Positions 10,683 to 22,065 are shown, counted from the stretch's first letter. The stretch: 60,190 nt of DNA from Bacillota bacterium (GCA_035301025.1 DATGUV010000021.1:1-60190); one strand, 5' to 3'. Notes: generated by a model not told the origin, from the letters alone. Numbers and translations: made by a program.

Positions 10683-12024
10683 TGATATCCCCCACTTCTT
10701 TTACAAAAGTATCAATTTCTTCTTTTGATCTAATTTCTGTTGTAGCAATTAACATATGATTTTCTAATTCTGAATAAGTACTTCCAAGATCATATCCGCC
10801 GACAAATCCTTTATCAAATAAATGTTCGTTTACAACAGAAACTGGCTTCGAGAGCTTCACTACGATTTCATTAAAGAATGGTCCTGTAAATGCAACAGGT
10901 ATATTCAGTTCTTCAAACTTTTGCTTTGTATATCTTGCTTTTTGCATATTTAATTTAGCCATATCTTTCACACCATTTTTACCAAGAGCACTCATTGCTG
11001 CTGAACTTGCAAGGGCGTTTAATGCTTGGTTTGATGTAATGTTCGATGTCGCTTTTTCACGTCTAATATGCTGCTCTCTTGTTTGTAATGTTAAAACGAA
11101 ACCACGTTCACCATTCTCATCAACCGTCTCACCAACAAAACGGCCTGGAACTCTACGCATATTCTTTTTCGTTGTAGCAAAATACCCACAGTGAGGTCCA
11201 CCAAATTGTGCTGGGATTCCAAATACTTGAGTATCCCCTACTACAATATCAGCTCCAAACTCACTTGGCGGTGTTAAATATCCAAGAGAAAGCGGGTTAC
11301 TTGAAACGACAAACATCGTTTTCTTTTGTTGTTCAATCAGTTTATTAATGTCTTCTAAAGGTTCAATTTGACCAAAAAAGTTTGGATATTGAACAATAAC
11401 AGCCGCAGTATTTTCATCTAACTCTGTTTCCAATTGATTTAAATCAGTCAAACCATCTTTATGACCAATTTCAACGACTTCTAATTCTTGTCCTTTTGCA
11501 GCGGTTTGAACAAGCTGACGGTGTTCTGGATGAACCGTTGAAGAAATAAGCACTTTACTCTTTCTTGTTTGTCCATGTGCTAAACTCATTGCCTCAACAA
11601 CAGCTGTTCCCCCATCATATAAAGATGAGTTAACAACTGGCATACCAGTCAGCTCGGACACCATTGTTTGGAATTCGAACATCGCTTGTAATTCACCTTG
11701 GGTCATTTCTGGCTGATACGGTGTGTACGCTGTGTAAAACTCTTGTCTAGAAATAACATGATCAACGACCGATGGAATGTAATGATCATACACTCCTGCT
11801 CCTAAAAACGAGCTATATGCTGTTAAATCAGCATTTTTCCCCGCTAATTGTGTCAATTCTTTTTTCAGTTCATATTCACTCACAGGCTTTTTTAAATCCA
11901 ACTCTCTGTTTAAACGAACTTCTTTCGGAATATCAGAAAACAACTCTTCTGTTGAAGATATACCGATTGAATCTAACATTGCTTTCTTATCGGATTCTGT
12001 CATTGGTAAATATCTAAATCCCAT
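10675..12024 (-). CDS. gcvPA: Glycine dehydrogenase subunit 1
   Basis: [24 protein letters not shown]. Confidence 0.97.
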   Translation of the reverse strand: MGFRYLPMTESDKKAMLDSIGISSTEELFSDIPKEVRLNRELDLKKPVSEYELKKELTQLAGKNADLTAYSSFLGAGVYDHYIPSVVDHVISRQEFYTAYTPYQPEMTQGELQAMFEFQTMVSELTGMPVVNSSLYDGGTAVVEAMSLAHGQTRKSKVLISSTVHPEHRQLVQTAAKGQELEVVEIGHKDGLTDLNQLETELDENTAAVIVQYPNFFGQIEPLEDINKLIEQQKKTMFVVSSNPLSLGYLTPPSEFGADIVVGDTQVFGIPAQFGGPHCGYFATTKKNMRRVPGRFVGETVDENGERGFVLTLQTREQHIRREKATSNITSNQALNALASSAAMSALGKNGVKDMAKLNMQKARYTKQKFEELNIPVAFTGPFFNEIVVKLSKPVSVVNEHLFDKGFVGGYDLGSTYSELENHMLIATTEIRSKEEIDTFVKEVGDING

Positions 12025-12038
12025 AGCTAAATTCCTCC

Positions 12039-13151
12039 TTATTTTCCAGGTTTATAGAATGGTGTTTTCACAACTTCAGCCTTTAATTGCCTTTTTCGAA
12101 CTTGGATAGTGACCTCACTTCCAACTTCAGCATACTTTTTATCAATTAAAGCCATTCCAATATTTTTTCCAAGTGTTGGAGATTGTGTCCCAGATGTTAC
12201 AAACCCAACTTTCTCCTCGTTAACTAGGACTTCATAGTCAGTTCTTGGAATCCCTTTATCAATCATTTCAATACCAACTAATTTTCTATTTGTTCCTTGT
12301 TCAGCTTGTTGTTTTAAAACGTCACTTCCAATAAAATCGACACCCTTATCAACTTTAACAGCAAATTTCAATCCTGCTTCAAGTGGCGTAATTTCCTTCG
12401 ATAACTCCTGTCCGTATAGCGGCAGGCCTACTTCAAAACGCAGTGTATCTCTTGCACCTAATCCTACTGGTTCGATACCTTCGTCTTCTCCAACTTCAAG
12501 AAGTAAATTCCATAACGCTGCACCGATAGATGCATCCATGTAAATTTCAAATCCATCTTCACCAGTATATCCTGTTCGAGAAATAAGTGCTTCTGCATCA
12601 ATTTTTGGGAGTTTTACGTTGTCTAGGAAACGAAACATTTTTATTTCTGATAAATCAGTGTCTACAACTTTTTGTAATACTTTTTCTGCAAGAGGTCCTT
12701 GTAAAGCTAATAATGCATATGTGTCAGATGCATTTTCTACAAGCACATCATCTCCATATGTATTATGCGCTGTTAACCATTCGAAATCTTTCTCAATATT
12801 AGCTGCGTTCACAACGAGTAAATATTCTTCGTCAGACAACTTATATACTAAAAAGTCATCGACGGTTCCACCGTTTTCGTAACACATAAATGTGTATTGA
12901 GCACGGCCTACTTCTAACTTTGAAACATCATTTGTAACCATTTCCTGTAAAAAATGCTCACTTTTAGGACCTTTTACGAATATTTCTCCCATATGAGAAA
13001 CATCAAAAAGGCCTGCTTTCGTTCGTGTTATTTCATGTTCATGTTTGATGCTTGAAAACTGAACAGGTAGATCCCATCCACCAAAATCAATTGTTTTCGC
13101 ACCATGTTTTTCGTACTCCGGGTAGATTGGCGTTCTTTTTAGTTCACTCAT
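12039..13151 (-). CDS. gcvT: Glycine cleavage aminomethyltransferase T
   Basis: [29 protein letters not shown]; start MSELKRTP after GGAG RBS. Confidence 0.97.
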   Translation of the reverse strand: MSELKRTPIYPEYEKHGAKTIDFGGWDLPVQFSSIKHEHEITRTKAGLFDVSHMGEIFVKGPKSEHFLQEMVTNDVSKLEVGRAQYTFMCYENGGTVDDFLVYKLSDEEYLLVVNAANIEKDFEWLTAHNTYGDDVLVENASDTYALLALQGPLAEKVLQKVVDTDLSEIKMFRFLDNVKLPKIDAEALISRTGYTGEDGFEIYMDASIGAALWNLLLEVGEDEGIEPVGLGARDTLRFEVGLPLYGQELSKEITPLEAGLKFAVKVDKGVDFIGSDVLKQQAEQGTNRKLVGIEMIDKGIPRTDYEVLVNEEKVGFVTSGTQSPTLGKNIGMALIDKKYAEVGSEVTIQVRKRQLKAEVVKTPFYKPGK

Positions 13152-13197
13152 GTCTCCACTCCTTATCATTTACATAACGTGCATAGTTTCTTTCCAC

Positions 13198-13234
13198 AAA
13201 AATAGAGGTTCCACCGACACATCAGGAAACCTCT
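13198..13234 (-). terminator. Terminator of the glycine riboswitch expression platform
   Basis: AGAGGTTTCC...GGAACCTCT followed by ATTTT on minus strand, overlapping the 3' end of aptamer 2. Confidence 0.7.
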
Positions 13235-13451
13235 GTCCTTCAACCAGAAAGTTGCACACTTACATGATAGAATTTACAATCAATTCTTCCAAAGTGCTTG
13301 CTTCTTGGGTGGTTTACACGTAGTAAACACTCTCCAGAGCCGCGTCCCACAAAAGTCTTTTTTACCTGAGAGATTCGCAATTTGCTTGCTCCTTCGGTGT
13401 TACTTCTACACCATATTCTGTGTAAAGTAAGCTCTCCCCTTGTATTCATCC
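13231..13451 (-). ncRNA. Tandem glycine riboswitch
   Basis: Aptamer 1 GGAGAG...CCGAAGGAGCAA...CTCTCAGG; linker GGAC; aptamer 2 CTCTGGAGAG...CTTTCTGG...GGACAGAG; upstream of gcvT. Confidence 0.95.
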
Positions 13452-13627
13452 GCATTTATGAAATTTATGCAAGTGGTTATACTATGTATCAGCATCTATG
13501 AAACCCTAATTTGCAACTACAGTATATCATAAATTCATCAAATAAGAAACGCGTAAAAGCGGTATCAATAGGAATATAACAAGATTTTGAGCAAATGGAT
13601 CAATTATCATATAAAGGAGTCATTCAT

Positions 13628-15283
13628 TTGAAGCATATAAAAATTCAAAAAGATCATACGTTTCTACCTATGTTAAAAGAAAAAATAAAGACAAATCAGA
13701 CAGAGTCATCTTGGGAGACCTTCTCATTGGCATATCAAGCGGAACTTGCATTCATGAACGCTTCTTTTGATGAATTAAAATCAATCGATCATGTACCACA
13801 AGTTGAGTTTTTACCGTACCAACTAGACGTGGCAAAAAAGGTGTTATTTCATATGCATGGACGTGCTATCCTCGCCGATGAGGTCGGATTAGGAAAAACA
13901 ATTGAAGCTGGTCTTATTTTAAAAGAATATATCATACGTGGACTCGTTAAAAAAGCTTTAATTCTTGTTCCCGCTTCATTAGTCAATCAGTGGGTAAATG
14001 AGCTACGTATAAAATTCAATATTCATGCCGTGTCTTACCGCAAAAATTACAACTGGGAAGATATAGATATTGTTGTATGTTCTTTAGATATGGCAAAAAA
14101 AGATCCACACCATCAAACAATTATTAATATTCCTTATGATTTTTTATTAGTAGATGAGGCGCATCGCTTAAAAAATAATAAAACATTAAACAATGCCTTT
14201 GTCCGTAATATCCAAAAAAAGTATTGCTTGTTATTGACAGCTACCCCTATTCAAAATTCATTAAGTGAAATCTATCATTTAATCTCCATTATTCGACCTG
14301 GGTTACTTGGAACATATGAATCCTTTATGGATGCTTTTGAAGAAAATGAGCACGAACAACAATCCATTTTAAAACAATTGGTGCAAAAAGTTCTTGTACG
14401 TAATACACGCAAGGACATTGAGACACATTCTATTAAACGCTTTCTATCTACAGAATGGATTGCATTTACATCTGAAGAACAAGAAGTGTACAACCAAATT
14501 GAACATTTAACGAGTCATTTTCCCCCTTTCACAAAATTAACATTACTCCGAGCATTATGTTCTTCGAGGGAAGCATGTTATTTATCCATAGAAAAACTTT
14601 TAAAAGAAGACAATCAGCCTTTTCGTAAAGAATTAGTGAACATCTCTAATAAATTAAGTGTTCTACCCCATCATATTAAAGCAAAGAAGGCTGTTGAATA
14701 TATTCAATCTGTAAAAGGGGAAAAAGTCATTATTTTCACTGAGTTTCGTGCGACACAATTTTATCTCCAATGGTATTTACAGCAACATGGTATATCTTCT
14801 GTCCCTTTTCGAGGGGGCTTTAAGAGTTCTAAAAAAGACTGGATGAAACAGTTGTTTGAACATCATGCACAAGTTCTTATAGCTACTGAAGCAGGTGGAG
14901 AAGGAATCAATCTTCAGTTTTGCCATCATTTAATCAACTATGACCTTCCTTGGAATCCAATGAAAATTGAACAGAGAATTGGTAGAATCCATCGTTTCGG
15001 TCAAAAATACAATGTTCATATTACACACTTAGCCCTTGAGGACACATTAGAAGATCGATTGATGCGAATTCTTTATGAAAAGGTAGGGTTATTTGAACGA
15101 ATCATTGGACGTGTAGATGACATTCTCGCTCTAAGAGAAACGCCAAATATCGATCATGCCATTCAGTCAATATTAACAGAAGCAAATTCTGAGGAAGACA
15201 TTCGAGACCAATTAACACAACTATCAACAATCATTGAACAAAATACTTCAGAAGATGAGGTTGAACACTATGGCCATTCCTGA
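13628..15283 (+). CDS. yqhH: SNF2-family helicase YqhH
   Basis: LADEVGLGKT, DEAH, TATP, QRIGRIHR; TTG start after AAAGGAG. Confidence 0.93.
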   Translation: MKHIKIQKDHTFLPMLKEKIKTNQTESSWETFSLAYQAELAFMNASFDELKSIDHVPQVEFLPYQLDVAKKVLFHMHGRAILADEVGLGKTIEAGLILKEYIIRGLVKKALILVPASLVNQWVNELRIKFNIHAVSYRKNYNWEDIDIVVCSLDMAKKDPHHQTIINIPYDFLLVDEAHRLKNNKTLNNAFVRNIQKKYCLLLTATPIQNSLSEIYHLISIIRPGLLGTYESFMDAFEENEHEQQSILKQLVQKVLVRNTRKDIETHSIKRFLSTEWIAFTSEEQEVYNQIEHLTSHFPPFTKLTLLRALCSSREACYLSIEKLLKEDNQPFRKELVNISNKLSVLPHHIKAKKAVEYIQSVKGEKVIIFTEFRATQFYLQWYLQQHGISSVPFRGGFKSSKKDWMKQLFEHHAQVLIATEAGGEGINLQFCHHLINYDLPWNPMKIEQRIGRIHRFGQKYNVHITHLALEDTLEDRLMRILYEKVGLFERIIGRVDDILALRETPNIDHAIQSILTEANSEEDIRDQLTQLSTIIEQNTSEDEVEHYGHS

Positions 15284-16058
15284 TATTCATGCATTTGTTA
15301 AACAATACTTTACTGCAAACTACTGTACTGTATCAGAGGTAGACCAACATATATTACAAGTGGAACTAACGGAGGAAATGGATAAAAAAATTATGAACCG
15401 TCCATTTTATTGGCATTATATTGAAGCAACACAAGGAAAAGGAGAACCAAAAACTCTATTGTTAGGTCCCCACTGGGAATATAAAGATCCTACGATAGAA
15501 TCCATCTATTTTGGTAGTACAAGGTTCCAACAAATTTTAAAAGATTTAACAAAAGAACCTTCATTTGTTCAAATGTTCGAAACGGTAGAAACGAAGGATA
15601 AACAAGCATTACATCCTTGGCTATTTGTAAATATGAAAATCACATATCAAAGTATGCAAACAAAAGATGAAATTTTTTCCCTTGGTTTAAATTTAATTAC
15701 AGGTCATATTACAATACATATGATGGATCATTTACTACAAACCAACTTAAAACCTACAATCTCTACACTATGCTATGTACTCTCGCCTATCATTACATAT
15801 GATAGTGGATTAAAACGTTTAGAGAAAATTTTAGATGTATATTTAGAAGAGCAATCCCATCAGTGGGCTGTGCATTCGATTCAAGAGATGGACAATGAAT
15901 TACAGTTATTGGATCACTTTTATGAAGGAGATCATCCAGATAAAGAACGAGAAATTAAAGCGATTCAAAAACGCTACAAACCTACGATTACTTTTAAATA
16001 CATGAGTGGTGGTATTGTTTATTTAACTCCATCCTTTCAAAAGAAAGAAAAACATTAA
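15270..16058 (+). CDS. yqhG: YqhG family protein
   Basis: MNRPFYWHY motif; follows yqhH. Confidence 0.9.
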   Translation: MAIPDIHAFVKQYFTANYCTVSEVDQHILQVELTEEMDKKIMNRPFYWHYIEATQGKGEPKTLLLGPHWEYKDPTIESIYFGSTRFQQILKDLTKEPSFVQMFETVETKDKQALHPWLFVNMKITYQSMQTKDEIFSLGLNLITGHITIHMMDHLLQTNLKPTISTLCYVLSPIITYDSGLKRLEKILDVYLEEQSHQWAVHSIQEMDNELQLLDHFYEGDHPDKEREIKAIQKRYKPTITFKYMSGGIVYLTPSFQKKEKH

Positions 16059-16112
16059 AAAAGTCACATTCTCTTATGTACTCGTGTTCACTACAAGAGA
16101 GTGTGACTTTTT
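16058..16112 (+). terminator. Terminator after yqhG
   Basis: AAAAAGTCACATTCTCTT...AAGAGAGTGTGACTTTTT. Confidence 0.75.
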
Positions 16113-16223
16113 ATCTAGAAGAATGCACGATGATCAAAAAATTGTTATATCCATTCTGTTCGAGGGATAAATTATATCGGCACAGTCATTCATGTCTCGC
16201 CTGTAGCCATTCTTTAATGTATT

Positions 16224-16403
16224 TCATTTTCGTTTCTGTAATAGGGACCGAACATAAAACGGAACATTTCCGAACCAATCATTTTTACCTAAACTTCTTT
16301 TTTTCAGTGATTCTATCTGCTGATTATTATTTTTTTCTATAGGAGTAGTAATAAAACGGGAAAATTTCCTTGTCATAAATTGTAAATATTCGTTTCCAGT
16401 CAT
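16224..16403 (-). CDS. yqzE: YqzE family small protein (59 aa)
   Basis: Not in ORF track. MTGNEYLQFMTRKFSRFITTP...WFGNVPF...KRK resembles YqzE; RBS GAAAGGA. Confidence 0.85.
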   Translation of the reverse strand: MTGNEYLQFMTRKFSRFITTPIEKNNNQQIESLKKRSLGKNDWFGNVPFYVRSLLQKRK

Positions 16404-16463
16404 AGCTGTTCCATCCTTTCTTAATGAACTAGTCTATGCTAGTATAAACGAACATTCATCAAA

Positions 16464-16961
16464 CTATTCTTGCTTCATAATTCCCATTATTTCCTTACCA
16501 ATCTCTTCTACATGTAATCCATCTGTATGAATTATATGATCCGCAATATTTTTGTACATGGTATGTCTACGTTCATATAACTTTTCTCTTTCCGTTATTT
16601 GTTGATCCCATAATGGACGGGAGGAATCATATTTTAATCGAGACATGATTTCCGAAAAACTTGTTTGTAAATAAATAATGACCCCATTACTGTGCATCGT
16701 TTTGTAATTTTCTTTACGTTCAACGATTCCGCCTCCTGTTGCAATCACATCGAAATCAAGTAGTGATTGTAGAGCTTGTATTTCATATTGTCTAAACTGG
16801 TCTTCCCCTTCATCTGCAAAAATCTGACTAATTTCTTTTTGTCTAGTTTGTTCAATGTATTGATCTGTATCAATAAATGTTTGTGCAAATGTGTGTTGCA
16901 AATATAAACCAACTGTACTCTTTCCACTACCCATAAATCCTATTAAGTAAATCCTTTTCAT
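16464..16961 (-). CDS. aroK: Shikimate kinase
   Basis: GFMGSGKS, GEDQFR, ATGGG, RPL. Confidence 0.93.
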   Translation of the reverse strand: MKRIYLIGFMGSGKSTVGLYLQHTFAQTFIDTDQYIEQTRQKEISQIFADEGEDQFRQYEIQALQSLLDFDVIATGGGIVERKENYKTMHSNGVIIYLQTSFSEIMSRLKYDSSRPLWDQQITEREKLYERRHTMYKNIADHIIHTDGLHVEEIGKEIMGIMKQE

Positions 16962-17027
16962 ATGTATCATTCCTTTTGTGAAAGTGTATTATAAAATTTC
17001 ATTACCTTTGTAAGGAGTTGTTTATCA

Positions 17028-18017
17028 TTGAATTCTGCTACTTCCTTATCCAAAAGCATTATTGAACATGCCATTTGTGTACATGCCTCTGATATTCATT
17101 TTATTCCTTGTAAAAAAGGAGCAGATGTATATTTTCGCATCAACAATAAACGAAGTTTTCATCAAGCTATTAACATAGATCATTATAACGCTTTATTAAC
17201 GCATTATAAATTTACTTCTGGAATGGATATAGGAGAAATCCAAAAACCTCAAAATGGATCCTTAACATTTACTCTTAATCAATATGTATACTCACTGCGT
17301 TTATCTACCTTACCTGTTCAACATACAGAAAGTTTGGCTATACGTATTTTACCACAAGAAGCGTCTAGACAACTGAATCAATTATTTTTGTTCCACAAAC
17401 AATATAAACGTATCAAAGAATGGACTTGTTTACAATCTGGGTTACTCTTACTAACTGGACCAACAGGTAGCGGAAAATCCACCACATTGTATGCATTGAT
17501 TCATGAAATTATTCAAACGAAAGAAAAACAGCTGATCACACTAGAAGACCCCATAGAACAACAATTACCTGATATTTTACAAGTCCAATTAAATGAAAAA
17601 GCTGGAATTACCTACGCAGAAGGATTCAAAGCAATTTTACGACACGATCCAGATATTGTCATGATTGGCGAAATTAGGGATGCAACTACTGCTGCCTTCG
17701 CTGTAAATGCTGCTCTTAGTGGACATGTTGTTTTTAGCACCTTTCACGCCAGTAATGCAGTTGGAGCAATTACTAGACTTCTTGAAATGGGTATTGATCC
17801 TGCAGATTTACGAGCGTCACTAAAGGCTGTAGCAGCTATTGAGTTAATAAATATCCATGAACAAAATGAAACGGAGAAAAGATCTGCTATCCTCGAAATA
17901 CTAGAGGAACATCACATTGACGCTATTATACACAGACAGCCGATTCCGTTTTATGAGACATTTCAAAACTTACGAAAAGAGGCTTACCAACATGAACAAA
18001 AGTCCTCCGACTACTGA
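17028..18017 (+). CDS. comGA: Competence pilus assembly ATPase
   Basis: ASDIH, GPTGSGKST, LEDPIE, LRHDPD, GEIRD; TTG start after AAGGAG. Confidence 0.93.
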   Translation: MNSATSLSKSIIEHAICVHASDIHFIPCKKGADVYFRINNKRSFHQAINIDHYNALLTHYKFTSGMDIGEIQKPQNGSLTFTLNQYVYSLRLSTLPVQHTESLAIRILPQEASRQLNQLFLFHKQYKRIKEWTCLQSGLLLLTGPTGSGKSTTLYALIHEIIQTKEKQLITLEDPIEQQLPDILQVQLNEKAGITYAEGFKAILRHDPDIVMIGEIRDATTAAFAVNAALSGHVVFSTFHASNAVGAITRLLEMGIDPADLRASLKAVAAIELINIHEQNETEKRSAILEILEEHHIDAIIHRQPIPFYETFQNLRKEAYQHEQKSSDY

Positions 18018-19011
18018 ATTACAACTCCGTTTTTTAGAACAATTATCGTATTTATTAACACATGGTTATCCATTACTTCGTGCACTAGAAGTACTCTCAT
18101 GGGAGAAAAACTTTCAGCCAATTGCTTTAGCAATGCAAACTACTTTAAAATCCGGAAAGTATATTGATGAAGCTTTTGATGATCAATCATTTGATTCTTC
18201 CATTTCTTCTTACTTATATTTTGTTCGACTTCATGGAGATTTGTCCACCCATATTACTTCTTGTGCAAATATGTATAAACGAAAACAAACGTACGAAAAA
18301 TCATTTAAGCGTGCAATCCGATACCCCTTATTTCTTTGTAGCTTTTTTGGTATTTTATTTATTTGTATCAAGCAATTTGTACTACCTTCTTTTGATGAGA
18401 TGCTTCAAGCAAATGGATCTTCTACAGCCGCTCATCTTATTTTACAAAGTATTGATATTCTCTTTTGGATTGGAGGTGTTTCCATTAGTCTAATTGTTTT
18501 ATTGATTCTGTTTTGGAAAACAAAACAAAAGACCATTCCAGTAGTCGCCCGTATCCGAATGTATCAAAAGCTCCCATTTTATCGCACTTACGTACGCCTA
18601 AACACTTCCCATCAACTAGCAACACATATGTCCACGTTATTTCAAAGTGGTTTAACCATTCAGGAAGTGTTGATGTATTTACAACAGCAGAAAAAGCTCC
18701 CCATATTGTCTTACTACGCAGCACATATTCAAAAGACTTTACATGCCGGTACCCATATAACGGAAGCATTAGATGAATTATACTTTATTGATACACACTT
18801 ATCCCAAATTTTTCGGCAAAACAAGGAGCTCCAGTCTTTAGAAAAAGATTTATTTATGTACGCCAAAATCGTTACCGAAGAACTACACAGAAAGTCTATG
18901 CAGATTATTACACTTATACAGCCTATCTTTTTTGGCGTGATCGCTATATTTATAATTAGTATGTATATCGCACTTATGTTACCAATGTTTCAAATGATAC
19001 AAACTACTTAA
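17992..19011 (+). CDS. comGB: Competence platform membrane protein
   Basis: PilC/GspF-like layout, RYP and IQP..LMLPMFQM motifs; overlaps comGA end. Confidence 0.9.
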   Translation: MNKSPPTTELQLRFLEQLSYLLTHGYPLLRALEVLSWEKNFQPIALAMQTTLKSGKYIDEAFDDQSFDSSISSYLYFVRLHGDLSTHITSCANMYKRKQTYEKSFKRAIRYPLFLCSFFGILFICIKQFVLPSFDEMLQANGSSTAAHLILQSIDILFWIGGVSISLIVLLILFWKTKQKTIPVVARIRMYQKLPFYRTYVRLNTSHQLATHMSTLFQSGLTIQEVLMYLQQQKKLPILSYYAAHIQKTLHAGTHITEALDELYFIDTHLSQIFRQNKELQSLEKDLFMYAKIVTEELHRKSMQIITLIQPIFFGVIAIFIISMYIALMLPMFQMIQTT

Positions 19012-19027
19012 TAAGGAGAAGATTATT

Positions 19028-19345
19028 ATGTTTAAACAAGAAAACGGTTTTACGTTAATCGAAATGTTATTCGTGTTGATGATCATTTCGGTATTATTGA
19101 TTTTGATTATTCCAACATTCTCATCGAAAAGTTCAGGTGTCCATGATCAAGGATGCGAGGCCCTTGTGAAAGTTGTACAGGCGCAAGCAGATATGTATCA
19201 TTTAAATGAATCAAAAGTTCCTACATCATTGCAAGAACTTGTAAGTAAAGAATATATTTCAGATGAACAAACAAGTTGTTCCAATAATAAATCGTTAACG
19301 ATTACCCAGCAAGGAATTGTAACAATATCTAACACAGGTGATTAA
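19028..19345 (+). CDS. comGC: Major competence pilin
   Basis: NGFTLIEM class III signal, two Cys (GCEAL, TSC). Confidence 0.93.
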   Translation: MFKQENGFTLIEMLFVLMIISVLLILIIPTFSSKSSGVHDQGCEALVKVVQAQADMYHLNESKVPTSLQELVSKEYISDEQTSCSNNKSLTITQQGIVTISNTGD

Positions 19346-19776
19346 TGGTGGATAAAAAGAATGGTTTTACCTTCATTGAATTGCTTCTTGTTCTTATGAT
19401 TACATCCATTTTCACTGTAATTGGTGGAAAAATATCGTTTAGCACGTTGGAAAAACAATATGAAAAACAGTTTTTTCATGTATTAACCGAAGATTTACGT
19501 TATATTCAAAACCTTGCATTGTCAGATGCTTATACTGAGGCTCGAATTACATTTAACCCGACATCTTACCGGGTCACGACGAATCAATCACATCCGAATT
19601 TTGATCGAAAATATCCATCCGGGTGGACGTTTGAAGAAAATGCATTTAATCGTATTATCTTTAATTCAAATGGCACATTACGCTCATCTGGGACTGTGCT
19701 TTTAAAAAGCAACTCGAAACAATATAAAGTTGTCTTTCCACTAGGCAAAGGATCTTATTATGTTTCAATCTCCTAA
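19345..19776 (+). CDS. comGD: Minor competence pilin
   Basis: NGFTFIELL signal, FNSNG, LGKG. Confidence 0.85.
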   Translation: MVDKKNGFTFIELLLVLMITSIFTVIGGKISFSTLEKQYEKQFFHVLTEDLRYIQNLALSDAYTEARITFNPTSYRVTTNQSHPNFDRKYPSGWTFEENAFNRIIFNSNGTLRSSGTVLLKSNSKQYKVVFPLGKGSYYVSIS

Positions 19777-20098
19777 AGGATTTACAATGATTGAAACAGT
19801 TGCCGCGACTACTACCCTTTTTTTAGCGCTTATTATTGTAATTCCATCTTTTATTCTTATTCAACAGGAAAGAAACGCTCTTTATAATGAAATAAACATT
19901 ATAAATCATTTAGAAACTACATTGACTCAACAAACATATGATGATGAAATATATTCAAATACTATGACGGACAACATTAATGGTATTTCAATTACATTAA
20001 CATTTACGGTAGAAAATGATCTGCAGAAAGGGTGTGTACAATGGGAAACCAATCAAAGAACAGAGAAGTCATTCTGTCTATACCGAAAGTATGAATAA
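19760..20098 (+). CDS. comGE: Minor competence pilin
   Basis: KGFTMIET signal, GCVQW...FCL. Confidence 0.8.
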   Translation: MFQSPKGFTMIETVAATTTLFLALIIVIPSFILIQQERNALYNEINIINHLETTLTQQTYDDEIYSNTMTDNINGISITLTFTVENDLQKGCVQWETNQRTEKSFCLYRKYE

Positions 20099-20498
20099 TA
20101 CAAAGGGCTTCACTCTGCTTTCCGCCCTTTTTTCATTATCAGTATTGATTATGATTCTCCCCCTTTTAAGTATGTCGTTAAAGCTAGTTCAACAGGATCC
20201 CCACGAATATACGATTGACGTCCACCATTTTTTCATTTTTTTACGTAATGATATCATTCAAGCAACAGAAGTTGAATCTACAAATCATTCATTAACATTA
20301 CGACTAGGTTCAAACGTTGATGCAACATATCAGCTATACGGAACAGTGATTCGTAGACAAGTACAAAACAAAGGACATGAAATCTATATAAGGAATGTGC
20401 AATCCCTAGGCTTCCAACAAACAGATCATAGAATAAATATAGAGGTAACTACGACAAATGGAGAAAAATATGAAAAGGAATTTCAACTGTATGAATAA
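20091..20498 (+). CDS. comGF: Minor competence pilin
   Basis: KGFTLLS signal, IRRQV..GHE. Confidence 0.8.
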   Translation: MNNTKGFTLLSALFSLSVLIMILPLLSMSLKLVQQDPHEYTIDVHHFFIFLRNDIIQATEVESTNHSLTLRLGSNVDATYQLYGTVIRRQVQNKGHEIYIRNVQSLGFQQTDHRINIEVTTTNGEKYEKEFQLYE

Positions 20499-20865
20499 CC
20501 AAAAAGGATTTGTTTTTCCTTTTATCGTAATCACTGTAATGATTTTGTTTTTAGTTCTTCTAACAATCATTTCACGATTTAAACATGAAATCACAATGAC
20601 AGAAAACATTCAAGATCATTATATATTTGAATCATTATTTGCCCTAGCGGAACATCATAAAGAAACAAGTTTCTCTAGTGGAAATGATCTTCCTGATCCA
20701 AAAATATACCAGTTCCCTCAAGGGGATGTTGCAATTACGTATACGTCAGCACATACACAATTTACGATTCAGTATACAATGACATTAAATAATGGGAAGG
20801 AATACTCTGTATATCAATCATATCATTGGGAAAACATATTGGATAATGACCCTATTCACGATTAA
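20491..20865 (+). CDS. comGG: Minor competence pilin
   Basis: KGFVFP signal, FPQGDV; last gene of the operon. Confidence 0.78.
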   Translation: MNNQKGFVFPFIVITVMILFLVLLTIISRFKHEITMTENIQDHYIFESLFALAEHHKETSFSSGNDLPDPKIYQFPQGDVAITYTSAHTQFTIQYTMTLNNGKEYSVYQSYHWENILDNDPIHD

Positions 20866-20990
20866 AATCGTCTACATGTAAGACACAATTAAGGAATCCA
20901 TAGGTTCAAAACAGATGTTTTATTTACTTTCATGGAAATCTCGTTTATAATGAAAAATGATAAGGCTACAAGAAGGAGGGGGAAAATAGC

Positions 20991-21233
20991 ATGGACCGTA
21001 TGTTTCGTGTGCTTGGCTTTTGGACAGGAATCTTTGCCGTCTTATTTTATGCCGGAGATATGGAAATACCTGCACTATTATTCCTAGTTCAAACTGCATT
21101 TTTCCTTACAGTAAGTTATTTAAAATTATCTGAACGTATGTATATGTATTTGTTCGGAGCTTATTTAACAATCTTTATGATTGGCTTCACATGGTACTCA
21201 GAATTCATTCTTGTACCTGGCTTTGGAAGTTAA
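20991..21233 (+). CDS. yqgY: DUF2626 membrane protein
   Basis: MDRMFRVLGFWTGIFAV...LSERMY; upstream TTTACT-N17-TATAAT and AGGAGG. Confidence 0.9.
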   Translation: MDRMFRVLGFWTGIFAVLFYAGDMEIPALLFLVQTAFFLTVSYLKLSERMYMYLFGAYLTIFMIGFTWYSEFILVPGFGS

Positions 21234-21276
21234 ACAAAAAACCTGTACACATTACATGTAGTACAGGTTTTTTGTT
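21233..21276. terminator. Bidirectional terminator yqgY/yqgX
   Basis: AACAAAAAACCTGTAC...GTACAGGTTTTTTGTT. Confidence 0.85.
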
Positions 21277-21906
21277 CTAATCTTTTGGTGAAACATATGG
21301 ATTATTCATTTTTTCAAACCCAATAGTGGTCGGATTTCCGTGCCCAGGATATACCGTATATGATTCATTCAGAGGATAAATTTTATTTTGAATGCTTTCA
21401 ATTAATTGTTGTGTATTGCCACCGAATAAATCAGTACGACCTATTCCTAGTTGAAATAAAGCATCACCACTTATAATAATTTCATCCTTTTCAAAAACAA
21501 TTGTTACACTACCAGGTGAATGTCCAGGAGTATGATATACGTGAAAGGAAAATGAGCCAATCGTCATCTTACCTTCAACAAGTTCAGCTTCTGGTGGTGC
21601 CGTTGTAATGGGTGTTCTAGGAAAACGTCCTGATCCATTATACAGGGGTTCTGTTAACCAGTCTGTTTCCTCATGGTGCAAATAAACCGGAAGCATATAT
21701 TTCTTTCGTAAGTCATCAACTGCACCTATATGATCAAAATGTGCATGTGTTAATACAATCGCTTCAGGCTCTAACTGGTTTTCAGACAAGTATGCTACGA
21801 CTTTTTCTGATTCATCCCCTGGATCAACAATCAATGCCTTTCCACTTTTATGTAAAATATAACAATTTGTTCCTAATGCCCCAAGTGGCATACCAGTGAT
21901 ATTCAA
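21277..21906 (-). CDS. yqgX: MBL-fold metallohydrolase
   Basis: THAHFDHIG, PGHSPG, SGDALF, PGHG. Confidence 0.9.
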   Translation of the reverse strand: MNITGMPLGALGTNCYILHKSGKALIVDPGDESEKVVAYLSENQLEPEAIVLTHAHFDHIGAVDDLRKKYMLPVYLHHEETDWLTEPLYNGSGRFPRTPITTAPPEAELVEGKMTIGSFSFHVYHTPGHSPGSVTIVFEKDEIIISGDALFQLGIGRTDLFGGNTQQLIESIQNKIYPLNESYTVYPGHGNPTTIGFEKMNNPYVSPKD

Positions 21907-22065
21907 ATAAATCGGCTCCTTCCAACTTAGTACAGCTATTTTATGATGTTTAACTCGACAAATTTGTTTATTTGCTATAATATAAAATAGGAACTAGTTA
22001 GTTACATAATAATATAAATGTAATCCTAATATCAATGAAAATGAGAACTTGAGGAGGACAAACAG

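Noticed and set aside
13240-13455. 71-aa ORF upstream of gcvT
   Set aside because: Coincides with the glycine riboswitch; no coding support
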